From positions 1 to 41,135 of the forward strand of contig MGEY01000054.1 of assembly GCA_001791615.1 (NCBI GenBank): a DNA stretch of 41,135 bases, read 5' to 3'. Below, piece after piece: positions 15,828 to 24,286 of this stretch. The notes under the pieces are model-generated. The model saw only the letters and a list, made by a program, of their open reading frames with translations, was not told the DNA's origin and did no database searches. The translations under genes were made by a program, and so were the position numbers. How positions within the stretch are numbered: position 1 is the first letter of the stretch; each line of letters starts with the position of its first letter. This stretch comes from Candidatus Uhrbacteria bacterium RIFOXYA2_FULL_40_9. GTDB lineage: Bacteria; Patescibacteriota; Patescibacteriia; UBA9934; GWF2-40-263.

Positions 15828-17195
15828 ATGAAGCTTTCATTTCATGGCGCAGCTCGTGGCGTGACAGGATCTTGTTTCCTTCTCAAGACAAAAGATCAAA
15901 ACGGCAAAGATTATCAGATCCTTATTGATTGTGGGATGTTTCAAGGTGCACGGTATGCGGATGAAGCAAATTTTGAACCGTTTCATTTTAAGGTAAAAGA
16001 AATCGATGCGGTTTTTATCACGCATGCACATGCAGATCACACAGGCCGTTTACCAAAATTGATTGCCGCAGGGTATAAGGGTCCAATTTATTGTACACAT
16101 CCCACGCGGCCACTCACACGACTTGTGTTAGAAGATTCTTTTCACATCATGTCAGAAAACAGTCGAAGAAATGGAGATCCTCTGCTGTATGAACAAGAAG
16201 ATGTCGCTGGCGTGTTTGAACAGTGTGAGTGTGTGAACTATCACGAACAGATTACCATGGGTCCTGGGTTTACCCTTATGTATCACGAGGCTGGACACAT
16301 TCTTGGGTCTGCGTATATCAGCATTGAGACAGAAGGGAAACGTCTTGTTTTCTCAGGGGATCTTGGAAATAATGATGTGCCCATTCTTCCTGATACTGAA
16401 CCTCTTTCGCAAGCAGATTATGTGGTGTGCGAATCAACCTATGGGCATGTATTGCACGAAGATCCAAAAGGCCGAACAGAAATTTTGCATCAGGTCATTA
16501 AAGAAACCGTTGAACATAAAGGAGTTTTATTGATTCCTTCTTTCTCTATTGAGCGTACACAAGAGGTATTGTATGAAATGGATCAGATTTTTGAGCATAC
16601 CTATCATGTCAAAATGCCGATTTTTCTTGATAGTCCTATGGCGATTCGTGCCACAGAGCTCTATCGTCACTATCAGCAATATCTCCAATTTGAAGCGAAT
16701 ATTTTGGAAGAGACAGATAAAGATTTTTTTTCTTTTCCCAATTTGCATGAAACTCTGCAAACAGAAGAGTCTAAGGCCATCAATGATTTTCCAAAACCAA
16801 AAGTCATCATTGCTGGTTCTGGTATGATGCATGGTGGGCGGATTATGCATCATTTGATTCGATATCTTCCAGACACAGATTGTTGCCTTTTTATTGTGGG
16901 GTATCAGGCAGAAGGGACACTAGGACGACAAATTTTTGAAGGGGCAAAGAACGTAAGGATTTTTGGACAGGAGGTAAAGGTTCAAGCACAAGTAAAAGCG
17001 ATTGGAGCGTTTTCTGCTCATGCAGACCAAGCAAAGTTGACGACTTGGTTGCAACCCATTGATGGTCGTTTACCAAAGAAAATTATTCTTGTGCATGGTG
17101 ATCCAGAACCGCAACAAGTATTTGCCGCACATTTGCGTCATGAATTGCGTGTAGAAGTAGTTGCCCCAGAGTTTTTAGAAGAAATTGATTTATAA
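15828..17195 (+). CDS. MBL-fold beta-CASP family hydrolase (RNA-processing nuclease-like)
   Basis: HAHADHTG metallo-beta-lactamase motif. The length and C-terminal SAHAD motif are typical of the beta-CASP/RNA-specificity domain. Confidence 0.85.
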   Translation: MKLSFHGAARGVTGSCFLLKTKDQNGKDYQILIDCGMFQGARYADEANFEPFHFKVKEIDAVFITHAHADHTGRLPKLIAAGYKGPIYCTHPTRPLTRLVLEDSFHIMSENSRRNGDPLLYEQEDVAGVFEQCECVNYHEQITMGPGFTLMYHEAGHILGSAYISIETEGKRLVFSGDLGNNDVPILPDTEPLSQADYVVCESTYGHVLHEDPKGRTEILHQVIKETVEHKGVLLIPSFSIERTQEVLYEMDQIFEHTYHVKMPIFLDSPMAIRATELYRHYQQYLQFEANILEETDKDFFSFPNLHETLQTEESKAINDFPKPKVIIAGSGMMHGGRIMHHLIRYLPDTDCCLFIVGYQAEGTLGRQIFEGAKNVRIFGQEVKVQAQVKAIGAFSAHADQAKLTTWLQPIDGRLPKKIILVHGDPEPQQVFAAHLRHELRVEVVAPEFLEEIDL

Positions 17196-17250
17196 CACAT
17201 CTGCTGATAACCTCGACGAAAACGCCATTATTCGATAGACTGACCATATT

Positions 17251-19038
17251 ATGAATCAGTCGTCTATTCGGAATTTTTGCATTATTGCTCACATCGATCA
17301 TGGAAAATCAACTCTTTCAGATCGAATGCTTGAAGTCACAGGTACTGTGGAAAAGCGCAAAATGAAAGAGCAAATTCTCGACTCTATGGAGCTTGAGCGG
17401 GAAAAAGGGATCACCATCAAATTGGCTCCCGCACGCATGCATTACAAAAATCATGTCTTAAACTTGATTGATACTCCTGGACATGTCGATTTCAATTATG
17501 AAGTTTCTCGTTCTCTTGCAGCCGTAGAAGGAGCTGTTTTATTAGTAGACGCCACACAAGGAGTACAGGCACAAACCATTGGAAATTTGTATCTTGCTCT
17601 TGAAGAAGACCTCACCATCATCCCAGTCCTTAATAAAATCGATCTCCCTGCAGCAGATGTTCCAAAACGAACAGAAGAAATCGTGAAGTTGATCGGTTGT
17701 GATCCTTCAGAGGTTTTAAGCGTCAGTGGAAAAACAGGGGAAGGAGTAGAAGCTCTTCTTGAAGCGATTATCGAACGCATTCCACATCCAAAAGGTCAGG
17801 TAGAGACTGCACTTCGCGCACTTATTTTTGATTCTGCTTATGATGATTATAAAGGAGTGGTTTCGTATGTTCGTGTTGTTGATGGACAAATCAAAAAAGG
17901 TGATCGAGTAAAAATGATGGCAACTAGAGCAGATGGGGAGGTGCTTGAAGTGGGCGCTCTCACTCCTCAAGGATTCATACCGGCTCCCATTTTAGAAAAT
18001 GGACAGATCGGGTATTTGGTTACAGGGCTTAAAGATATTACTTCTTGTCGTGTTGGAGATACAGTCACAAACCTTTCTCATTCTTCAAAGGAACCACTTC
18101 CAGGATATCGTGTGGTTAAACCCATGGTGTTTGCCGGAATTTTTCCAGAAGAAGGAGATGATTTTCAACGTCTTCGTGAAGCCATGGATCGTCTTAAACT
18201 CAGTGATTCTTCTCTTACCTTTGAACCAGAACATTCTCCTGCTCTTGGGTATGGATTCCGTTGTGGACTGCTTGGTATGTTGCATTTAGAGATTCTAAAA
18301 GAACGACTTGAGAGAGAATTTGATTTTCATCTTGTGGTAACTGTACCTTCGGTCGGGTATCACGTATTTAAAAAAGGGGACGTGCAACTATTGATAAAAA
18401 GTCCTTTGGAACTTCCTGATCCCTCTTTTGTGGAACGTATTGAAGAACCATGGGTCAAAGCAGATATTGTGACACCGAATGCGTATATTGGTGCGGTGAT
18501 GCAATTAGTTCAAGATCGACGAGGTCTTTACAAAAATACAGAATATCTTTCTGAAAATCGTGTTATTTTGCATTATGAAATTCCTCTTGCCATGGTGATT
18601 GTGGATTTTTACGATAAGTTAAAGAGCGTGACAGCTGGCTATGCTTCATTGAACTATGAAGTCAAAGATTATCGAGAGGCTGATGTAGTACGCATGGATA
18701 TTTTAGTTGCAGAAGAACCTGTCGAGGCCTTCGCTCTTCTGGTCTATCGTGATGAAGCCGATCGAATTGGTCGACGTATTGTCAGTACCTTGAAAGATTC
18801 CATTCCACGTCAATGGTTTGTGATAAAATTACAAGCAGCTGTGGGAGGAAAGATTGTGGCTTCAGAACGATTGTCTGCGCTTCGAAAAGATGTGACAGCA
18901 AAACTGTATGGAGGAGATGTCACACGAAAACGAAAATTGTTGCAAAAACAGAAAAAAGGAAAGGCACGTATGGCAGAGATGGGAAAGGGGAAAGTCCAGA
19001 TTCCAACAAGTACTTATTTAAAAGTTTTAAAACGATAG
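17251..19038 (+). CDS. lepA: Translation elongation factor 4 (LepA)
   Basis: IRNFCIIAHIDHGKSTL, DTPGHVDF, NKIDL and the conserved LepA C-terminal region. TAGACT at 17236-17241 lies 9 nt from the ATG. Confidence 0.95.
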   Translation: MNQSSIRNFCIIAHIDHGKSTLSDRMLEVTGTVEKRKMKEQILDSMELEREKGITIKLAPARMHYKNHVLNLIDTPGHVDFNYEVSRSLAAVEGAVLLVDATQGVQAQTIGNLYLALEEDLTIIPVLNKIDLPAADVPKRTEEIVKLIGCDPSEVLSVSGKTGEGVEALLEAIIERIPHPKGQVETALRALIFDSAYDDYKGVVSYVRVVDGQIKKGDRVKMMATRADGEVLEVGALTPQGFIPAPILENGQIGYLVTGLKDITSCRVGDTVTNLSHSSKEPLPGYRVVKPMVFAGIFPEEGDDFQRLREAMDRLKLSDSSLTFEPEHSPALGYGFRCGLLGMLHLEILKERLEREFDFHLVVTVPSVGYHVFKKGDVQLLIKSPLELPDPSFVERIEEPWVKADIVTPNAYIGAVMQLVQDRRGLYKNTEYLSENRVILHYEIPLAMVIVDFYDKLKSVTAGYASLNYEVKDYREADVVRMDILVAEEPVEAFALLVYRDEADRIGRRIVSTLKDSIPRQWFVIKLQAAVGGKIVASERLSALRKDVTAKLYGGDVTRKRKLLQKQKKGKARMAEMGKGKVQIPTSTYLKVLKR

Positions 19039-19040
19039 TC

Positions 19041-19136
19041 ATGAAGAAAAAACAATTCATTCGTCTCTTATGGACAGGTATTTGTGTTTTAGTGATTTTG
19101 AGTATGCTTTCCTTCACCGTTGCGTTTGCCTTTTGA
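19041..19136 (+). CDS. Possible 31-aa small membrane protein
   Basis: The ATG lies 2 nt after the lepA stop. The product is MKKKQFIRLLWTGICVLVILSMLSFTVAFAF (basic head plus one TM helix). There is no support beyond ORF shape. Confidence 0.3.
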   Translation: MKKKQFIRLLWTGICVLVILSMLSFTVAFAF

Positions 19137-19146
19137 TCAGAGAATT

Positions 19147-20883
19147 ATGAAGCCAAAGCACTGGGAAATTGCCTTCGCAATCTCACAAGAACAACAAGAT
19201 CTTTTTGCCCACTATCACCCCGCGATTCTTCAATTATTGTGGAATCGGGGTTTTTATACACAGGAAGCGATTGACATTTTTCTTGCTCCAGACTGGAAGC
19301 GCGATGCTCATCATCCACAGCATTTTTCTCAGATGGTAGAGGCAGTGAATTTGATTTTTGAAGCTCTTGAACACCGACAAGTAATTAGTATTCATGGAGA
19401 TTATGATGCAGATGGGGTATGTGGAACAGCCGTCATGATTATTACCTTGCGCGATATTTGTCGACAACTTGGATATGATGAATCTCGTATAACCCATTAC
19501 ATTCCTCATCGTGAAAAAGAGGGGTATGGCATTTCAAAAAAAACAGTTGAACATTTATTTCGCGATGTGGGGACAAAATTGATTGTTACGGTTGATTGTG
19601 GAATCAGTAATATTGAAGCCATTGCTCATGCAAAAACGTGTGGTATCAATGTCATTGTCTGTGATCATCACGATGTTCCTGAAGCTCTTCCTAATGCAGT
19701 GCTCATCCATCCACAAGTAAAAACAGAATCTTATCCTTATAAATATTTAAGTGGCACAGGGGTAGCTTACAAAGTTGCACATGCGCTTATTGAAAAAGCA
19801 AATGAAAAAGGGGCGGGGTTCCATGAAGGATATGAAAAATGGTTGTTAGATCTTGTGGCTATTTCTACTATTACAGACATCATGCCTCTCACTGGAGAGA
19901 ATCGAGTATTAGAAAAATATGGGTTATTAGTTCTGAACAAAACGCGTCGTCTTGGTTTACACAAGCTCGTGGAAGTTTCTGGTGGAATATTTGGAAAATT
20001 AGATTCTGTTTCGATTGGTTATCAAATCGGTCCACGTTTGAATGCTGCTGGGCGTATGCAACATGCCAATGTGGCTTTAGAATTACTGATTGCTGAAGAT
20101 GAACAAGAAGCAGAACAATTAGCACAAGAATTGCAAGAGTTGAATGCAGAACGTCAAAAACAATCAGAAGCTATTTTTCAAGAAGCAAAACGACAAGTCG
20201 AGAATGCAAATGAACAAGCGCTTATTATTGCTGTAGGGGAAGGATGGCCTGCAGGACTTGTGGGACTTGTCGCTGGAAAACTTGTGGCAGAGTATGGTCG
20301 ACCAGTATTCGTGGTTGGAAAAGAAAATGAATTTTACGTTGGATCAGGAAGAAGTGTGGGGCGTTTCCATATGACAGAAGCTTTACAAAAAGTTTCTGAA
20401 CATCTTGATGCGTTTGGAGGGCATCCTCAAGCCTGTGGTTTTTCCACCACAGGAAAGGAACGGCTTGAAAAAGTGATTGAAGGGTTACAACAGTATTCAC
20501 GAAATATTTTTAATAATGAAATGCCATTTTCCATAATTCAGATTGATGGGGTTCTAGATCTAAACCAGATTAATTGGGAGTTTCTTCAGAAACTTGAGCG
20601 ATTTTCTCCACATGGAGAAAAAAATCCACGCCCAATTTTTTTATCTGAGCGTGTAGAAGTCAAAGGAATTGATGTTGTAGGAATCAATGGGAAACATCTG
20701 CGTTTAACCATTCAATCTTCCGGAGGTGCTTTAGTAAAAATGATTGGATTCAAATTTGGAGATTGGATTCACAAATTGCGATTAGGTTCTTTGATTGATG
20801 TGGTATATGAAATTGGAGTGAATGAGTGGAATGGAACTCGGGAAATTCAACTTATTTTGAAAGATCTCATGGTTTCTGAATAA
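19147..20883 (+). CDS. recJ: Single-stranded-DNA-specific exonuclease RecJ
   Basis: DHH family motifs (HGDYDADG, VDCG, VCDHH) and the GGH motif. I preferred the start at 19147 (MKPKHWE) over 19120 because it avoids overlap with the small ORF. The start is uncertain. Confidence 0.88.
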   Translation: MKPKHWEIAFAISQEQQDLFAHYHPAILQLLWNRGFYTQEAIDIFLAPDWKRDAHHPQHFSQMVEAVNLIFEALEHRQVISIHGDYDADGVCGTAVMIITLRDICRQLGYDESRITHYIPHREKEGYGISKKTVEHLFRDVGTKLIVTVDCGISNIEAIAHAKTCGINVIVCDHHDVPEALPNAVLIHPQVKTESYPYKYLSGTGVAYKVAHALIEKANEKGAGFHEGYEKWLLDLVAISTITDIMPLTGENRVLEKYGLLVLNKTRRLGLHKLVEVSGGIFGKLDSVSIGYQIGPRLNAAGRMQHANVALELLIAEDEQEAEQLAQELQELNAERQKQSEAIFQEAKRQVENANEQALIIAVGEGWPAGLVGLVAGKLVAEYGRPVFVVGKENEFYVGSGRSVGRFHMTEALQKVSEHLDAFGGHPQACGFSTTGKERLEKVIEGLQQYSRNIFNNEMPFSIIQIDGVLDLNQINWEFLQKLERFSPHGEKNPRPIFLSERVEVKGIDVVGINGKHLRLTIQSSGGALVKMIGFKFGDWIHKLRLGSLIDVVYEIGVNEWNGTREIQLILKDLMVSE

Positions 20884-20907
20884 AGAAGGCATTTAACCTT
20901 CTTTTTT
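20883..20907 (+). terminator. Rho-independent terminator after recJ
   Basis: AAGAAGG catttaa CCTTCTT followed by a T run. Confidence 0.65.
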
Positions 20908-20925
20908 CTTTCGTTATTTTGAATG

Positions 20926-20934
20926 TGATAGAAT
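20926..20934 (+). promoter_or_regulatory. Extended -10 (TGaTAGAAT) 9 nt from the start codon
   Basis: TAGAAT at 20929-20934, ATG at 20944, no SD. Confidence 0.45.
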
Positions 20935-20943
20935 AGAACTATT

Positions 20944-21381
20944 ATGATTGAACAAAGTATGACAAAAAAGATTCGTTTGTATGCAGATGGTGGATCTCGT
21001 GGAAACCCCGGACCTGCTGCTTCTGGAGCTGTGTTAAAAGAATGTACTGAGGGAAAAGAAGGAATCATCCTTGCACAGGTGAAAAAATTTTTGGGAGAAA
21101 CAACAAATAATCAAGCAGAGTACACAGCAATCATTATTGGACTTGAAAAAGCAAAAGAGCTTGGGGTAGAAGAAGTTGAAGTCGTGCTTGATTCTGAATT
21201 AGCTGTAAAACAACTTAATCGTGAATACAAAGTGAAGCATCCAGAGCTTGCTAAACGGTTTTTAGAAGTTTGGAATCTTCAGCAAGGATTTAAAAAAGTG
21301 ACTTTCCGTCATGTAAAACGAGTATTTAACAAAGAAGCAGATGCGCTAGTGAATGAATGTCTTGATGAGCAAAAGAGCTAG
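20944..21381 (+). CDS. rnhA: Ribonuclease HI
   Basis: YADGGSRGNPGPAA, TNNQAEY, DSEL and EADALV carry the DEDD catalytic residues in canonical order. Confidence 0.88.
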   Translation: MIEQSMTKKIRLYADGGSRGNPGPAASGAVLKECTEGKEGIILAQVKKFLGETTNNQAEYTAIIIGLEKAKELGVEEVEVVLDSELAVKQLNREYKVKHPELAKRFLEVWNLQQGFKKVTFRHVKRVFNKEADALVNECLDEQKS

Positions 21382-21384
21382 GTG

Positions 21385-21393
21385 TGGTATAAT
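21385..21393 (+). promoter_or_regulatory. Extended -10 (TGgTATAAT) 8 nt from the start codon
   Basis: TATAAT at 21388-21393, ATG at 21402, no SD. Confidence 0.5.
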
Positions 21394-21401
21394 TTTCTTG
21401 T

Positions 21402-22523
21402 ATGAAATTTTTTGGAGGGAAAAAATCTAATAGTTTTCTTGGAGTGGATATTGGTGCAAGTAGCATTAAAGTTGTTGAGCTTGGAATAGAAAAAGGAAGA
21501 CCAAAGCTTTTGACATATGGATATTCTGAATATCGAGGATCAGAGCAACACTTGTCTCCTTTTGAAGACGTTAAAGGGACAGGGACTCTACTCGCAGAAA
21601 TTTGTAAAAAAGCTGGAAGTAAAAGTGTTGTAGCCATGGCTGCTCTTCCAACCTCTGGAGTTTTTTCTACAATCATTTCCATTCCTGCTGTAAAAGATCA
21701 AAAAGAGCAACAACGATTGGTTGATGCAGAGGTTTCTAAACTAACACCTCTTCCTATTGAACAGATGATTACCTATTCAACATTTTTTGATGGGGAAAAG
21801 GGGAATGAAAAAAAAGATCAGAAAAAAGAAAAACAACCTTCTGTAGAAAAAACACAACAAAAGGAAGAAAAAAATGTTCGTGTTTTAGTGACAGGAGCAG
21901 CAAAAACATTGGTGCAAAAATATGTAGAGATTTTTAAGGTGGCAAAGCTCAGTCTTCAAGCCATAGACACTGAAGCGTTTGCTCTCACGCGTGCTTTAAT
22001 CGGAAAGGATAAGAGTGCTACACTGATTATTGATCTTGGTTCACAAAGAACAAATTTAACGATTGTGGAAAAAGGGATTCCGTTTATTTCACGGAGCATG
22101 AATATTGGAGGAGACACCATTACACGTCGTTTGCAAGAACAAATGCAATTTTCTTTTACAGAAGCAGAGAGGATGAAGCGTGATCTAGGAGTTACGAGCC
22201 AAACACAAGCTCGCGAAGAAACTCTTCCTCCTCTTTTAGAAACTTTTATACAATCTCTTTTAAATGAGATTAGATATGCGTTTCAACTGTATGCCAATAT
22301 GGAAATGGCACAGCAAAAGAATGTGGAAAAAGTGATTTTGACGGGAGGATCAGCTCATCTTCCGGGGATTCCTCACTATCTTTCCAAATCTCTGAATCTC
22401 AATGTTTATCGTGGAGATCCTTGGGCACGTATTTCCTATCCAGAAGAATTACGTCCTGTCTTAGATGAAGTAGGCCCACGAATGAGTGTTGCTATTGGTC
22501 TTGCGATGCGCGAAATGGAGTAG
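21402..22523 (+). CDS. pilM: Type IV pilus assembly protein PilM (actin-like ATPase fold)
   Basis: The FLGVDIGASSIKVVEL N-terminus and actin-fold phosphate motifs (IIDLGSQRTNL, LTGGSAHLPG). A Lys/Glu-rich insertion (GEKGNEKKDQKKEKQPSVEKTQQKEEKN) is present. Confidence 0.82.
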   Translation: MKFFGGKKSNSFLGVDIGASSIKVVELGIEKGRPKLLTYGYSEYRGSEQHLSPFEDVKGTGTLLAEICKKAGSKSVVAMAALPTSGVFSTIISIPAVKDQKEQQRLVDAEVSKLTPLPIEQMITYSTFFDGEKGNEKKDQKKEKQPSVEKTQQKEEKNVRVLVTGAAKTLVQKYVEIFKVAKLSLQAIDTEAFALTRALIGKDKSATLIIDLGSQRTNLTIVEKGIPFISRSMNIGGDTITRRLQEQMQFSFTEAERMKRDLGVTSQTQAREETLPPLLETFIQSLLNEIRYAFQLYANMEMAQQKNVEKVILTGGSAHLPGIPHYLSKSLNLNVYRGDPWARISYPEELRPVLDEVGPRMSVAIGLAMREME

Positions 22524-22539
22524 AAGATTCTTTGATGGT

Positions 22540-22920
22540 ATGAAAAAGAAAAACCTTTTATTGATTGATCAAGATGCGTTCCTTGCAGGAATTTACGGGA
22601 GCCGTCTTTCTGCTAGTGGATGGAATGTTTTTGCAACAGAATCTATTGAACAAGCAAACCAACTTATTAAGAAACGAAAAATTGATGTTGTACTCATAGA
22701 TCCTGAAACCATTGAAGGAGCATTGACTTTTTTTCAAGAACTTCGGGCAAATCCAAAAACACAAGATACTCTTCTTGTTGTTTTAACAGAACTTGGAAAT
22801 CAAAAAGAAATCACTGAAGCTTACCAAGCTGGAGCCGATGCTTATCTTTTAAAAGGGCATTTTGTTCCTTCTGAAGTGAGTAAAAAATTATCTATTCTTT
22901 TAGAACAACAATCGCTTTGA
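22540..22920 (+). CDS. Single-domain response regulator (CheY-like receiver)
   Basis: LLLIDQD acidic pocket, VVLID phospho-acceptor Asp, VVLT and LLKG. No output domain. I chose the ATG at 22540 over the ORF-track start at 22486, which overlaps pilM. Confidence 0.8.
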   Translation: MKKKNLLLIDQDAFLAGIYGSRLSASGWNVFATESIEQANQLIKKRKIDVVLIDPETIEGALTFFQELRANPKTQDTLLVVLTELGNQKEITEAYQAGADAYLLKGHFVPSEVSKKLSILLEQQSL

Positions 22921-22932
22921 ACTATACTTCCT

Positions 22933-23433
22933 ATGAAAACATCAAAAGGATTTACTTTAATAGAGATATTAGTGGTTATTGCCATTGTTTTGATCGTTTC
23001 AACACTTGCTGTGATTGCGGTCAATACAGCTCGATCAAAACAACGAGATGCCACGCGACTTAGTAATTTGCGTCAAGTACAATCAGCACTGGAAGATTAT
23101 TTTAATGAAAATAACATTTATCCTTCTGGACAAGATTTGCCACTTGGTGATGTAGCACAAAGTATTTGTTTAGACATGGATGGATTTCAAGCAAATTGTG
23201 TAGCCTCATCAAGCATTTTTCTTCAGCATGTGACAGGGACCTATCAAAGTGGATTAGATGGTCTGGTTCTTTGTGGAGAACCTACACGAAATGCCTTTTG
23301 TTATACACAAACCAATGAGGGGCTTGGATACAACATCAATTTTGAATTAGAGAATGCACTTTCTTTGGTCGGACTCACAAAAGGTGTCAATTGCGCATTG
23401 CCAAGTGGCATGATTTCTGGACAATGCGAATAA
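22933..23433 (+). CDS. Type IV pilin / pseudopilin with a prepilin N-terminal methylation motif
   Basis: MKTSKG|FTLIEILVVIAIVLIV is a class III signal peptide. The C-terminal domain is Cys-containing. Confidence 0.88.
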   Translation: MKTSKGFTLIEILVVIAIVLIVSTLAVIAVNTARSKQRDATRLSNLRQVQSALEDYFNENNIYPSGQDLPLGDVAQSICLDMDGFQANCVASSSIFLQHVTGTYQSGLDGLVLCGEPTRNAFCYTQTNEGLGYNINFELENALSLVGLTKGVNCALPSGMISGQCE

Positions 23434-23500
23434 AGGATTTTCAAAAAGATCCCCGGGTGAACATTGGATTTCACTCGGTTTTTCGTTACAATAGACCCAT

Positions 23501-24286
23501 ATGATTGCCTTATTTGTTTTTCTTTTCGGTATTTCCATTGGGAGTTTTTTGAATGTGATTGTTTTTCGGACCGCTCTTTCGGAAACCATTGTAAAAGGGC
23601 GATCAAAATGCCTTTCTTGCAAGCATTCTCTTTGTACAAAAGATCTTATTCCTGTTTTTGGTTATTTATTTCTCAAAGGAAAGTGTCGTTATTGTCAAAG
23701 TAAAATTTCTTGGCAATATCCTCTTGTAGAGTTTTTGACAGGATTGGTATTTCTCGCTTTTTATTTCAAATATCATTTTGGGATTGCTATAGGTTTTCCT
23801 GTAGAAGGTTTTGATATTTTATTACTCCTTGCAAGAGATTGGATTGCCGTATCAGTTCTTCTTCTTATTTTCATATATGATCTCCGTTATTCCTATATTC
23901 TTGATCGGTTTACGATTCCCACCATCATTCTTGTCCTTCTTTTGAATCTCTGGCTTGGGCTTTCTGTAAGCTCTCTTATTTTGGGTGCTGTGGTGATTGG
24001 TGGTTTTTTTCTAGTGCAATATTTTGTTTCAAAAGGAAAATGGGTGGGAGGCGGAGATATTCGCATGGGAGTCTTGATGGGATGTTTGCTTGGATTTCGA
24101 GACGGTGTAGCAGCATTGTTTCTTGCCTATGTTCTTGGGGCACTTGTGGGTCTTGGACTTCTTGCTACCAAACGCGCTAATCGTGAAACGGAAATTCCTT
24201 TTGGAACATTTCTTTCTTTTACCACGCTCCTTATGCTTTTTTTAGGCAAATGGGTGATTGAATGGTATCTCGCTTTATTTGTATGA
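23501..24286 (+). CDS. pilD: Prepilin peptidase (A24 family, PilD-like)
   Basis: N-terminal CxxC...CxxC (CLSCKH...CRYCQ), a polytopic membrane domain and GGGDIRMG. TACAAT at 23487-23492 lies 8 nt from the ATG. Confidence 0.88.
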   Translation: MIALFVFLFGISIGSFLNVIVFRTALSETIVKGRSKCLSCKHSLCTKDLIPVFGYLFLKGKCRYCQSKISWQYPLVEFLTGLVFLAFYFKYHFGIAIGFPVEGFDILLLLARDWIAVSVLLLIFIYDLRYSYILDRFTIPTIILVLLLNLWLGLSVSSLILGAVVIGGFFLVQYFVSKGKWVGGGDIRMGVLMGCLLGFRDGVAALFLAYVLGALVGLGLLATKRANRETEIPFGTFLSFTTLLMLFLGKWVIEWYLALFV

